Program-made: the position numbers and the translations under genes
In this document: one piece after another, positions 39,709 to 49,421 of the stretch
Layout: the number at the start of each line of letters is the position of its first letter
How positions within the stretch are numbered: position 1 is the first letter of the stretch
Source of the DNA: Polyangiales bacterium
GTDB taxonomy: Bacteria > Myxococcota_A > Polyangia > Polyangiales > Ga0077539
Direction of reading: 5' to 3'
DNA: 64,000 bases
Assembly (NCBI GenBank): GCA_044229975.1
Contig: JBGARZ010000011.1
Coordinates: forward strand, 96,001-160,000
The notes under the pieces: generated by a model
What the model was told of the DNA's origin: nothing
Database searches by the model: none
Seen by the model: only the letters and a program-made list of their open reading frames with translations

Positions 39709-40653
39709 ATGGTTCAGAGTGCTGCCTCGTTTGCTGACCTCCCGCTGGGCCCGCTCGTCACCTTCGAGTGCGTGGCGCGGCACCTCCGCTTCGCGCGCGC
39801 CGCGACCGAGCTGCGGGTCACCCCGACCGCCGTCTCGAAGACCGTCGCGCAGCTCGAAGCGCACCTCGGCGTCCGCCTGCTCAACCGAACGACCCGCAGC
39901 GTCTCGCTGACCGAGGCGGGCGCCCGACTGCTCGACGCCGCCGCCCCGGCGCTCGCGGCGTTGCAGCGCGGGGTCGACGAGGCGCGCACCAGCGGCGACA
40001 GCCCGGCGGGCGCGCTGCGCGTCAGCACGTCGTACGTGGCCTTTGCGATGCTGTTCGAGCCGCACCTGCGCGGCTTCCTCGCGGCCCATCCGCGGGTCGC
40101 GCCCGAGTTCTCCATCGACAGCGCACCCAGCGACATCGTGGGCCGCGGCTTCGACGCGGGCGTGCGCCCCGGCCGCGCGTTGCAGCAGGGCATGATCGCC
40201 GTCCCCGTCGGCCGGGTGCAGCGGCTCATCGTCGTCGCGTCGCCCGACTACCTCGCACGCGCCGGTCGCCCGAAGACACCGACGAGCCTGCTCGACCACG
40301 CGTGCATCCGTCAGCGGGTGAGCGCGGGCGGTCGGCTGCTGGAGTGGACGTTGCGCGCGGGCAAGGAGCGCGCGACGCCCGACGTGACGGGCCCGCTGGT
40401 GCTCGACGACATGCGCTCGGTGCTCGGCGCCGCGCGCGAGGGCGTCGGTCTGGCGTACGTGTTCGAGCAGTTCGCGGCGCGCGACCTGGAGGCCGGGGCG
40501 CTGGAGCGGGTGCTGCCGGGGCACGCGCTCGTGCGCGAGGCGTTCTATCTGTACTACCCGAGCCGGCAGAACCTCCCGCCGAAGCTCCGCGTCTTCGTCG
40601 ACTGGTTTCGCGCGAAGAACGACTCCCCCCGCCGGGTGAAGCCCACCACCTGA
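39709..40653 (+). CDS. LysR family regulator (divergent from VOC gene)
   Basis: FARAATEL.VTPTAVS, LLNRTTRSVSLTEAG and YLYYPSR...PPKLRVF motifs. Confidence 0.95.
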   Translation: MVQSAASFADLPLGPLVTFECVARHLRFARAATELRVTPTAVSKTVAQLEAHLGVRLLNRTTRSVSLTEAGARLLDAAAPALAALQRGVDEARTSGDSPAGALRVSTSYVAFAMLFEPHLRGFLAAHPRVAPEFSIDSAPSDIVGRGFDAGVRPGRALQQGMIAVPVGRVQRLIVVASPDYLARAGRPKTPTSLLDHACIRQRVSAGGRLLEWTLRAGKERATPDVTGPLVLDDMRSVLGAAREGVGLAYVFEQFAARDLEAGALERVLPGHALVREAFYLYYPSRQNLPPKLRVFVDWFRAKNDSPRRVKPTT

Positions 40654-40695
40654 CGACGACCGTCGACTTCTGGCATGGTCGACGACGGAGACCGC

Positions 40696-41122
40696 GTGAG
40701 CCAGGACCCCGGAGCTGCTGCGGCGCCTCCTGCGCGCGAAGGACCGCATGGACGCCGCCTCGCACGAGGAGTGGCCCGTGCGGCGCCTGGCGCGGGTGAG
40801 CGGTGTGTCCGCGGCGCACTTCGCACGATCGTTCAAGGAGGCGTTTGGTGTTCCGCCGCACCGGTACCTGCTCACGCGGCGCATCGAGCGGGCCGTGGCG
40901 CTGCTCCGCGACACTGATGTGCCCGTCACGGACATCGCCTTCCAGACCGGATGGAAGAGCCTCGGCACCTTCGGTCGAACGTTTCGCGACGTCACCGGCG
41001 AGAGCCCCGGCGAGCGTCGCGAGAGAGAGAAGCTCACCCCGAGCGCGCGCGAATACGTGCCCGTCTGCTACCTGAGCGCGGCCCACCGGCCCCGAAGGGG
41101 GCGATGCCGCCGCTGGTGCTGA
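40696..41122 (+). pseudogene. Short AraC-family regulator, frameshifted at the 5' end and truncated at the 3' end
   Basis: AraC HTH (SAAHFARSFK..G..PHRYL; IAFQTGW.SLGTFGRTF); GTG at 40696 out of frame by an extra C in gacccc. Confidence 0.7.
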
Positions 41123-41271
41123 TGGTCGACGACTGCCGCGCCGCGTACGAGCGCATGCGCGCCGTCGGGGTGGAGTTCACGCAGGAGCCGGTGGAGCGCT
41201 ACGGCAGCGTGGACGCGGGCTTCCGCGACCCGTCGGGCAACGGGTGGAAGATGATCGAAGCGCGCCGCTGA
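41093..41271 (+). pseudogene. 3' half of a VOC family gene
   Basis: KGAMPPLVLMVDDCRAAYERMRAVGVEFTQEP...FRDPSGN; first VOC lobe missing. Confidence 0.78.
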
Positions 41272-41378
41272 TCGTCGGCGCCAGCGCCTCTCGGGGTTCG
41301 TTGCACGGGACAACGGCGCGCGATGGTAGAAGTGACCATCGCGGCCGCCGCGAGAGAGCCAATGGAGGCGCGGAGTTG

Positions 41379-42980
41379 ATGGACGACGGTCAGTGGTGGG
41401 TGCTGCGCGAGGGGATCACCCTGGGTCCGTACGGCCTGGAGGAGCTCAGGCAGTACACGCGGCGGGGGAAGCTGTACGCGGATGACCTCGTGAGCTCGGC
41501 GGGCGAGACCGACTGGGCCCCCGCGGGCTTCGCCCCCGCGCTGAGCGACCTCTTCCCCAAGGACGGCAGCGAGGACGCCACCCTCGCGCTCGACCCCGCC
41601 CTGCGCGCGCTCGCCGCGATGGCCACGACCCCCGTCCCCGCCCGCCGCTCGTATCCCACCGAGAGCCCGCTGCGCGGCTCGACGCTGCCACCGCGCCTCC
41701 CGACCGCCGCCGCTCCCGCCACGGTCGCCGTGCCCCCGGCACCCACCCTCGATGCACCCGCGGTCCCTGCACCCGCGGTCCCTGCACCCCCTGCCCCTGC
41801 ACCCGCTGCCCCTACACCCGCGGTCCCTGCTGTCGTCGCCGCGCCCGCCGTCGCCGCTGCACCCGCGGTCGTCGCAGCGCCCGTCGCCGTGCCCGCGCCC
41901 ACCGTCTCGGCGCCCCCGCCTCCGCCGCGCGCCAACCTCGCGACGGGCCTCGTCATCGGCCTCGTCTCCTCCGTCGCCACGCTGGCCTTTCAGCGCGCCA
42001 TCGGCGGCCCGAGCCACGCGCCGCCGCCCGCCGCCGAGGCCACTGCGACGCCCGCCGTCGTCACACCGCCACCCGTCGTGGCGCCCGTCGACGCAGCCGC
42101 TACCAGCGTCGCCGCGCGCGTCACCACCGACGCGGGCGCTCGCCCCGCTGCGGCGCGAACACAGTGCGTGGGCGCCGAGGCGCTCGCTGGCGTCGGCCGA
42201 ACGCGCGCCATGCTGCGCTCCTTCGACGAGCTGATGCGCGACGCCGCTCCGCCCGCCGACCCCTTCGACTACGACGCGCTGGCCACCACCTGTCTCACCA
42301 CCGTGGCGCGCGCCAACGACCGCTCGCGCGCCTCGCTCGACGCGGCGCGGGCGGCCGAGGCGCTGCGGGTGCGACGCGCGGCCGAGGCCCAGCAGCAGGT
42401 GCGCGCGCAGCAGTGGCGCGCGATGGCCTTCACCTGGGACGCGGCGTGGCGAACGCGCGTGGTGACCCGCCCGGCGTCGTACGGCTGCTACGACAGCGGC
42501 TGGGGCGACGAGCGGCAGGACGAGTGCGCGGGCGAGTGGCGGCAGCGCTCCCCGGCGGTCAACACCTCGGTGTACATGCTCAACGGGGTGGTCACCGAGC
42601 CCGAGCTCCAGCGACGCTGCGACGCGGCGACGGGGGTGCGCCCGGCGGCGGAGCAGTTCTGCGAGGTGCTCGACGCCGTGCTCGGCGCGCAACGGCTGAC
42701 GGTGACCTGCGCGGGCGACGATGGTGCGGCGGCGTACGATCTGTGGCTGCCGCGTGAGCTGGGCGTGGCGACGACGGGCGCCCTGGCGGGTGTGATGGTC
42801 GGCGATGTGTTGCGCGTGACGGGCCACGGGGTGATCAAGCGCGAGGCGGTCACCACGGCGGGTGCTCCGCGCGGCGCCGAGCGGTGGACCTTCGAGGAGG
42901 TCCCCGCGACGGGCGTGACCATCGCCGACCACACGCGGTGCTGCGCGCTCACCGAGCGCACGGCGACGCCGCCGCGGTAG
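41379..42980 (+). CDS. GYF_2 (DUF4339) domain bitopic membrane protein with Pro/Ala linker
   Basis: WWVLREGITLGPYGLEEL...DDLV....TDW, PAVPA repeats, one TM helix, Cys-containing C-terminal domain. Confidence 0.78.
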   Translation: MDDGQWWVLREGITLGPYGLEELRQYTRRGKLYADDLVSSAGETDWAPAGFAPALSDLFPKDGSEDATLALDPALRALAAMATTPVPARRSYPTESPLRGSTLPPRLPTAAAPATVAVPPAPTLDAPAVPAPAVPAPPAPAPAAPTPAVPAVVAAPAVAAAPAVVAAPVAVPAPTVSAPPPPPRANLATGLVIGLVSSVATLAFQRAIGGPSHAPPPAAEATATPAVVTPPPVVAPVDAAATSVAARVTTDAGARPAAARTQCVGAEALAGVGRTRAMLRSFDELMRDAAPPADPFDYDALATTCLTTVARANDRSRASLDAARAAEALRVRRAAEAQQQVRAQQWRAMAFTWDAAWRTRVVTRPASYGCYDSGWGDERQDECAGEWRQRSPAVNTSVYMLNGVVTEPELQRRCDAATGVRPAAEQFCEVLDAVLGAQRLTVTCAGDDGAAAYDLWLPRELGVATTGALAGVMVGDVLRVTGHGVIKREAVTTAGAPRGAERWTFEEVPATGVTIADHTRCCALTERTATPPR

Positions 42981-43119
42981 CTCGGTCTCTGCTGCGCCGC
43001 AACAATCGGCCGTTGACCGCGGTCTGAGGTCGCGGCTACGAAGGTTGCGCGGTCGATGCTGCGCCGCACAACATCCACCGCCCCGGAGGCTCTGCTACCC
43101 AGTGCCAGAACAAGCCCGC

Positions 43120-43938
43120 GTGATCGAGCTCGACCTCCCCTCGGGGCGCCTTCGCGCGCACCGCTTCGGGCCCGATGGGGGGAGGCTCACCCTCTGCGTG
43201 CACGGGCTCTCCGCCAACTCGCGCAGCTACGACTTCCTCGGCCCCGAGCTCGCGGCGCAGGGTCGCTCCGTCGTCGCCATCGACCTCCGCGGCCGCGGCT
43301 GGAGCGCCATCACCGGCCGCGGAACCTACGGCTGGCACCACCACGCCCGCGACGTCCTCGACGCCGCGAGCGCCCTCGGCGCCGAGCGCTTCGACTATGT
43401 CGGTCACTCGATGGGGGCGTTCATCGGGCTGGAGCTCGCCCGCCAGGCCGCGGGCCGCGTCGAGCGCACCGTGCTCATCGACGCGCTCGGCATCCCGGAG
43501 CCCGCGTCGCTCATCCCCATCCTCGCCGCCGTGCAGCGCCTCGGCTCGCTGCACGCCGACGCCGACGCCTACGTGAGCGCCGTTCGCAGCCTCGGAACCG
43601 TCACCCCCTGGGGCCCCGTCTGGGAATCCCACTACCGCTACGACCTCATCCCGGTGGAGGGCGGCGTGCGTCCGCGCACCGACCGCGCCGCCGTCTTCGA
43701 AGACATGACCTACGCGTCCACGCAGGTTCCGCGGGCGCTCTGGCCCTCGCTCACCATGCCGACGCTGCTGGTGCGCGCGGGCATTCCTCTCGGGGCAGGC
43801 TTCATCGTCAGCGCGGGTGATCGGGAGGACTTCCTGCGACGCGTCCCCCACTCGCAGGCGGTCGACGTCGACGCCAACCACTACGGCATCATGACCCACC
43901 CGGCGACCGCGGCCGCCATTCGGAGCTTCCTGCCATGA
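43120..43938 (+). CDS. Alpha/beta hydrolase
   Basis: CVHGL, DLRGRG, GHSMG nucleophile and NHY motifs. Confidence 0.92.
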   Translation: MIELDLPSGRLRAHRFGPDGGRLTLCVHGLSANSRSYDFLGPELAAQGRSVVAIDLRGRGWSAITGRGTYGWHHHARDVLDAASALGAERFDYVGHSMGAFIGLELARQAAGRVERTVLIDALGIPEPASLIPILAAVQRLGSLHADADAYVSAVRSLGTVTPWGPVWESHYRYDLIPVEGGVRPRTDRAAVFEDMTYASTQVPRALWPSLTMPTLLVRAGIPLGAGFIVSAGDREDFLRRVPHSQAVDVDANHYGIMTHPATAAAIRSFLP

Positions 43939-44705
43939 GCGAAGGATTTCTCACCGGGCGCACCGCCCTCGTCACGGGCGCCGCGTCGGGCATCGGTCTC
44001 GCCATCGCGCGCGAGTTCTCCAGCGAAGGCGCGACGGTGATTCTCAGCGACGTGTCGGCCGAGGCGCTGGCGGCGATCGTGGCGACGCTGCCGGGATCGC
44101 GCGCGGTGCCGGCCGACCTCTCGCGGCGCGACGACGTGAAGCGCCTCGCGCGTGAGGCGGGCGCGGTCGACCTGCTGGTCAACAACGCCGGGCTCCAGTC
44201 GGTGAGCCCCATCGAAGACTTCGACGAAGCGAAGTGGGACCTCTTGCAGGCCGTGATGCTCACGGCGCCCTTCCTGCTCATCAAGGCGCTGATTCCAGGG
44301 ATGTACGAGCGCGGGTGGGGGCGCGTTCTCAACGTGGGGTCGGTGCACAGCCTCATCGCGTCGCCCTTCAAGTCGGCGTACGTGTCGGCCAAGCACGGGC
44401 TCGTCGGGCTGACCAAGACCGTCGCGCTGGAGGCGGCCACGCGCTCGCATCAGGTGACCGTCAACGCGCTGTGCCCGTCGTACGTGCGGACGCCGCTGGT
44501 GGAGAAGCAGATCGCCGATCAGGCCCGCGTGCACGGGGTGCCGGAGTCGGAGGTGGTGGGCAAGATCCTGCTGACGCAGAACGCGCAGAAGCGGTTGATC
44601 GAGCCCGCCGAGGTGGGGAAGTACGCGGCGTTTCTGTGCCGCGACGAGGCGTGGTCGATCACGGGCACGGCCGTGACGATGGACGCCGGCTGGCTCGCGC
44701 ACTGA
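43935..44705 (+). CDS. bdhA: D-3-hydroxybutyrate dehydrogenase (SDR)
   Basis: TGAASGIG, NNAGLQ, ASPFKSAYVSAKHG and YVRTPLVEKQI motifs. Confidence 0.9.
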   Translation: MSEGFLTGRTALVTGAASGIGLAIAREFSSEGATVILSDVSAEALAAIVATLPGSRAVPADLSRRDDVKRLAREAGAVDLLVNNAGLQSVSPIEDFDEAKWDLLQAVMLTAPFLLIKALIPGMYERGWGRVLNVGSVHSLIASPFKSAYVSAKHGLVGLTKTVALEAATRSHQVTVNALCPSYVRTPLVEKQIADQARVHGVPESEVVGKILLTQNAQKRLIEPAEVGKYAAFLCRDEAWSITGTAVTMDAGWLAH

Positions 44706-44726
44706 AGGGGCGCGAGGCCGTGGCGG

Positions 44727-45710
44727 TCAGGGCGTCGGCGGCCGCGGGTCGGTGAGCGCGAGCTTGCGCGCCGCCTCGAAGCGGCTCTTGTAGAAGGGCT
44801 TGAGCACGGGCTTCCGCGTGCCGCGCGCGTTGGCGATCGTCTCCATCAGCTCGGCGGCGTCGCGCCCGAGGGCCTCGACGACGTCCAGCGCGACCACCGC
44901 GCCGTGGAGGTCGAGCACCATCGCGTAGCGGGCCACGAACTCCCGGGCCAGCGCGAGGTCGGTCATCGACCCGAGGATCTTTCCGTAGTGGGTGAAGGCC
45001 GACGTCGCCAGCGCCTCACGCGCGAGCTCGTGCGCCAGCGACGGATCGCGCGCCAGGACGTAGGCGACCTCCGCGCGCTCTCCGCGCAGCTCGTGGGCTT
45101 CGACGCCCGTGTCGTGTCGGCGCAGCCAGTCCAGGGCCTCGGCGTGGGCCTGCGCGAAGTCCGCCTCGGGCAGCGCAAACATCAGCCGTCGTAGCTCGAT
45201 GGTGAGGTGCTCGCTGAGACCGCCCCAGCGGTGCGAGCGGGTGCTCGATCCGTCGGGCGGACCGATCAGCGTGCGGCGCAGGCCGGTGGTGGAGATCGAC
45301 CACGGCTGCGGCGAGAGCAGCACGTCGAAGACGAAGCCGAGGCCCGCGGTGCCGACCCAGAAGGCCACCAGGGCCCGGTAGGCCGGGTCGACCACGTCGG
45401 TGATCGGGTGCGTGTGCAGCAGGGTCGCGCGCAGCCGCTCGGTCATCGGGTCGAGCGTCGCGGGCGCGGCGCCGGACGCGTAGCCCTCGGCGATCGGGGC
45501 GTACAGCGCCTCGGCCCCGGCGTTGCCGAGTTTCAGCGGGCCGCAAAGGGCGTCCTCGGCGCGCTCGACGTCGAGCAGCCGCGCCCACCCCTCCTCGCGG
45601 GTGCGAGGCGGCGGCGGCGGGTCGAGCGGGTGCGGGCGACGCGAGCCCACGAGCGCGAGGCGCTGGGCGGGCTTCCAGACGGGACCGGGCGGGGCGACGG
45701 GTTTGGGCAT
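44727..45710 (-). CDS. Hypothetical protein
   Basis: 327-aa ORF downstream of the HNH gene; no family recognised. Confidence 0.7.
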   Translation of the reverse strand: MPKPVAPPGPVWKPAQRLALVGSRRPHPLDPPPPPRTREEGWARLLDVERAEDALCGPLKLGNAGAEALYAPIAEGYASGAAPATLDPMTERLRATLLHTHPITDVVDPAYRALVAFWVGTAGLGFVFDVLLSPQPWSISTTGLRRTLIGPPDGSSTRSHRWGGLSEHLTIELRRLMFALPEADFAQAHAEALDWLRRHDTGVEAHELRGERAEVAYVLARDPSLAHELAREALATSAFTHYGKILGSMTDLALAREFVARYAMVLDLHGAVVALDVVEALGRDAAELMETIANARGTRKPVLKPFYKSRFEAARKLALTDPRPPTP

Positions 45711-45747
45711 TGGGGTTCGTGGACCTTTGGAGGTGAAGCGAGAGGCA

Positions 45748-46680
45748 TCAGCCCGGTGGCGGGGTGAACACCGCGCGGTCGCGGCTCACGAGATACTCCT
45801 GACAGCGCAGTTGCAGGGCATCGGCCTGCGAGCGGTCCTTCGCGTGCAACGCCGTGTAGGCGCGGGCACAGGCGCAGAAATACATCTTCGACGCGGTGAA
45901 GCCCTGGACGACTCCATCGAGACGTTGCTTCTCGGCGCCGATGGCGGACGCGCGCTCTTCGAGTTTGCCCCACAGCAGCGTGATCAAGATCGCGCGCTGG
46001 AGCATCAGGTCGCTGCGGGTGTCGAGCGCGAAGAAGTCGATGCACACCCTCGCCCGCAGATGCTCGTACCCGGACTTCTTGCGCGCGAAGGGCAGCGGGC
46101 CCACCCAGCCGAGCACCTCCTCGGGGTCTTCGACGTTCTCGCCGATCCCGAGCATCAGCAACGGACGCTCGTGGGCGTCGAGAGCGGCGTGCTTGATCAG
46201 CGACTTCTTCGTGGCGCCCGCGATCGGGAAGCTGTCGCTCTTGTGCCCCGAGTTGCACGTCTTGCACGAGAGCCCGTAGTTGTCCGGGTCGAACGCGAGG
46301 CGGACATACCCGGCGCTCTCGCCCGCGTTGATCTCGTCGTCGTAGTCGATCTTTCGCTGCGCCTTGACCGCCGCGGTCGGCCAGTCCTTCACCCGGTTCT
46401 TCGGGCGGTAGTGCTCCACGTCGTACTCGACGGCGCCCTTGCCGAACCCCGCCTCGCCGTCGACCTCCTCCTGCGGCATGGGCTTCTCGCAGTAGACGCA
46501 CTTGTAGAACTGTAGCCGCGCATACACCGCCTTGATCTCGCTCCAGATCCCGTCGTCCTCGTCGACGTGACCCTTCTTGCGAACTTCGATGGTCTTCTCG
46601 CGGGCCCGCTCCAGCCAACCGGCCTTGTGCGCTTCGATCTCTTCTCGCAGCGCCTTGGAGGTCACCGCGTATCGAATCAT
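45748..46680 (-). CDS. HNH nuclease, PtuB/retron-Ec78-effector-like
   Basis: KCVYCE, VEHYRPK and LSCKTCNSGHKSDSFP motifs; ATGA-coupled to ATPase. Confidence 0.85.
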   Translation of the reverse strand: MIRYAVTSKALREEIEAHKAGWLERAREKTIEVRKKGHVDEDDGIWSEIKAVYARLQFYKCVYCEKPMPQEEVDGEAGFGKGAVEYDVEHYRPKNRVKDWPTAAVKAQRKIDYDDEINAGESAGYVRLAFDPDNYGLSCKTCNSGHKSDSFPIAGATKKSLIKHAALDAHERPLLMLGIGENVEDPEEVLGWVGPLPFARKKSGYEHLRARVCIDFFALDTRSDLMLQRAILITLLWGKLEERASAIGAEKQRLDGVVQGFTASKMYFCACARAYTALHAKDRSQADALQLRCQEYLVSRDRAVFTPPPG

Positions 46681-48089
46681 CGACCGACCCCAGCGGCCGC
46701 GCGCTTCGCAGGCTTCTTCGCGGCCGACTTCTTCGCAGCGGGCTTCTTCTTCGCGGGAGCCTTTCGTGGCTTACGACGCGATGGCTCGGACACCATCGGC
46801 GGTGCTTCGCCCGCGGCGTCACCCAGCGAGAGCAGCCTCATGAGGTGCATGGCCGCCTCGGCGTCCCCGTTGCGCGCCTGCTGCGACGCCTCCTGGAGCT
46901 TCTCGACGAAGGCGGGCGCGCGCGTGCTCTCCAGCCCGAAGGTGTCGCCGGTGAGAAGCTGCTCGGCTCCGAGACCGAAGGTCTCCGCGCCAGGGCGTTC
47001 GACGACGGTCCTGCGAACGCCGTCGCCCTCGTCCACGTCGGACAACACCAGTACGTTCTCGCGGTGCAGCGACCCGACCACGAGCGGGCTGTGCGTCGAG
47101 AAGATGAACTGCATGTGCGGCAGCGCGTCTGCCACGCGCGGAACCACCTCGCGCTGCCACGCGGGGTGGAGGTGCAGGTCGACCTCATCGATCAAGACGA
47201 TCCCCGTGGTCTGATCGAGCTGATGGTTTGGGGGAGCGCCGCGACAGATGTGGAAGAGCAGATCGGCGAACCAGCCGATGAAGGAGCGGTACCCGTCGGA
47301 GAGCGCGGAGAGCGGCAGCGAGGAGCCGCGCAGCGAGAAGAGGTAGTCGCCGTCGTTGGGCTCCGGGTCGATCGCCGCGTCGGGCAGCACCTTGTTGATG
47401 AGTTCGATGACCTGCTGGTGCCGCCCGGGGTTCTCGCTCCTCAAACGTGGCAGCCACGAGGCGACGGGGACGAGCGCGACGCTCTCCTCGAACAGCCCCG
47501 CGATGCGGTCGTAGCGGAGGGCGCGGCGCTTGTAGCGCGACTCGGTATCCGCGTGGTTCTGCGACTCGACACGACGGTCGGCGCCGTAGCCCACCACCAA
47601 CGCAGCGCCGGAACGATCGTCGAAAAGGGACTCGGCGAAGTCTCGACCGATGCGGTCCGTGGGTGGTGGCGTGAGGCCGCTCGCGATGCGGTCATTGAAC
47701 GAACTGCCCGGCCGGAGCAGGAGTTCGAAGGTGATGTCGCCGATCTCCTTCTCCTTGCCCACAAACGCCGGATTGTCCTGTCGCGGATACAGCGAGAACG
47801 AACCTCGAACGGACGCGGCGGGTGCTGGGACCCCTTTGACTCGACGCACGAGGCTGTACGGCACGAAGCCCGAGCCAGAAAGCAGAACCGGCGCCATCGC
47901 CGCCATCGCGATGGCCCGCAGCACGGTGGTCTTCCCCGAGCCGTTGTTGCCGAGCAGCACGGTGAGGTTGTCGCGAGACCCGTCCGTCGACGATGGAGCA
48001 ACCGCGCCCGGGAGCCGAGGCGCCTTCAGCGCGATGGACTCCGACGCGATCGTCCGAAGGTTCTCGATGGTGATCTTGGTGACGTACAT
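46677..48089 (-). CDS. ABC/AAA_21 ATPase, PtuA-like
   Basis: Walker A GNNGSGKT, signature LSDGY, Walker B IDEVDLHLHP, STHSP. Confidence 0.9.
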   Translation of the reverse strand: MYVTKITIENLRTIASESIALKAPRLPGAVAPSSTDGSRDNLTVLLGNNGSGKTTVLRAIAMAAMAPVLLSGSGFVPYSLVRRVKGVPAPAASVRGSFSLYPRQDNPAFVGKEKEIGDITFELLLRPGSSFNDRIASGLTPPPTDRIGRDFAESLFDDRSGAALVVGYGADRRVESQNHADTESRYKRRALRYDRIAGLFEESVALVPVASWLPRLRSENPGRHQQVIELINKVLPDAAIDPEPNDGDYLFSLRGSSLPLSALSDGYRSFIGWFADLLFHICRGAPPNHQLDQTTGIVLIDEVDLHLHPAWQREVVPRVADALPHMQFIFSTHSPLVVGSLHRENVLVLSDVDEGDGVRRTVVERPGAETFGLGAEQLLTGDTFGLESTRAPAFVEKLQEASQQARNGDAEAAMHLMRLLSLGDAAGEAPPMVSEPSRRKPRKAPAKKKPAAKKSAAKKPAKRAAAGVGR

Positions 48090-48136
48090 CGCGCGGGAGC
48101 ATAACCCCCACCGGACTCAACTCTCCGCCGCGTAAG

Positions 48137-49360
48137 TCAGGAGCAGCCGAAGACGATGCGCACCTGCGCGGCGGCGTCGTTGCGTACGCGCTCGCAGGCC
48201 GGGCCGTAGAACACCACCGAGCGCATGCCCGCCGAGTAGTCCCAGCCGTCGGTATGACCTGGGTCGCGCGCGACGGTCAGCGGAGCGCCGGTGGCAGAGG
48301 TCACGCCGACCGAGACCCGCGAGAAGTCGACCCGCGAGGGGTCGACGTCGATGGCGAAGTCGCAGCTCGTCGCGCGGGCGCGGATGTCGTCGAGGGCGCG
48401 GGTGAGGTCGGCCTCGAAGGTGCTGGTCTCCAGGCGGTAGTGACAGGTGTTGGTCGCCTGGCAGCCGGGCGCGCGCGGCTGATTGCCCGTGTACGCCAGG
48501 TCGGAGAGGAACACGTCCGACGCCTCGGGCGTGCCCGCGATGAAGTACCCGATGGGCGGCGTTCCGCGGGCGCCGCGGGCGACCGAGACGCGCACGGCGT
48601 CGGAGGCGATGCGCTCCTGGTTCATCACGCACGCGAGGAACTCACGGATGTCGCCTGGGCCGGGCGTGCAGGTGGGGGCGCCGGTGCACTCCTGGGTGGG
48701 CGCGCCGTCGGTGATGAGGATGACGTTGCGCGAGCCGTCCATGGTGAAGGATTCGTAGTAGGAGCGCGTGCCCTCCATCGCGCAGTTCATCGGCGTGTTG
48801 CCGTCGGGCGACGAAGAGTCGAGCAGCGACTCGATGCGCGGGCGGCTCACGCTCAGCTCCTGGATCGGGATGTTGGGTGTGCCGTACGTCGCGACCGCGT
48901 CGGCCATTCCAGTGGGCGCGGGGAACAACGTGATCCCCACCCTGGTGCTGTCGTCGAGCCGCGTCAGGAGCGCGCGTAGCCCGCGGACCGCGGACGTCCA
49001 CCGAGACGGCATGCCGGTGGTCATCGAGCCCGAGCGATCGAGGACGATCAGGAGGTTCATGGGTTGGCGCCGGGCGGCGACCGTCGTGGTGCCGCAGGTC
49101 GCATCGGGCGACGCCACGTCCGGGCCGCCGTCGACCGCGGGCGCCGCATCCACGGGGGCCGTTGCCGTGTCCACGGGCGCATCGAGCGCCACTCCCGCAT
49201 CGTTGGCTACGGGCGCGTCCCCCGGCATGGCCGCACCCCGATCGACCGCAGCAGCAGCGTCGATCGGAGGCAGCAGGTTCAGCCGCTCGTGGCAACCGCT
49301 CGCCGTTGCCAGCGTCGCCAGCACCATCCACTCCGTCCAACGTCGTGCGCGCGTCCTCAT
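48137..49360 (-). CDS. vWA-domain lipoprotein (CglB-like)
   Basis: Lipobox ASGC, MIDAS DRSGS...TP...ILITDG, C-terminal GWDY...GPAC...FGC. Confidence 0.85.
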   Translation of the reverse strand: MRTRARRWTEWMVLATLATASGCHERLNLLPPIDAAAAVDRGAAMPGDAPVANDAGVALDAPVDTATAPVDAAPAVDGGPDVASPDATCGTTTVAARRQPMNLLIVLDRSGSMTTGMPSRWTSAVRGLRALLTRLDDSTRVGITLFPAPTGMADAVATYGTPNIPIQELSVSRPRIESLLDSSSPDGNTPMNCAMEGTRSYYESFTMDGSRNVILITDGAPTQECTGAPTCTPGPGDIREFLACVMNQERIASDAVRVSVARGARGTPPIGYFIAGTPEASDVFLSDLAYTGNQPRAPGCQATNTCHYRLETSTFEADLTRALDDIRARATSCDFAIDVDPSRVDFSRVSVGVTSATGAPLTVARDPGHTDGWDYSAGMRSVVFYGPACERVRNDAAAQVRIVFGCS

Positions 49361-49421
49361 CGGCGCACCCTACTGCCGCACGAGCGCCGTCACCAGCCAC
49401 GCACGCTGTGAAGCCGATGCG

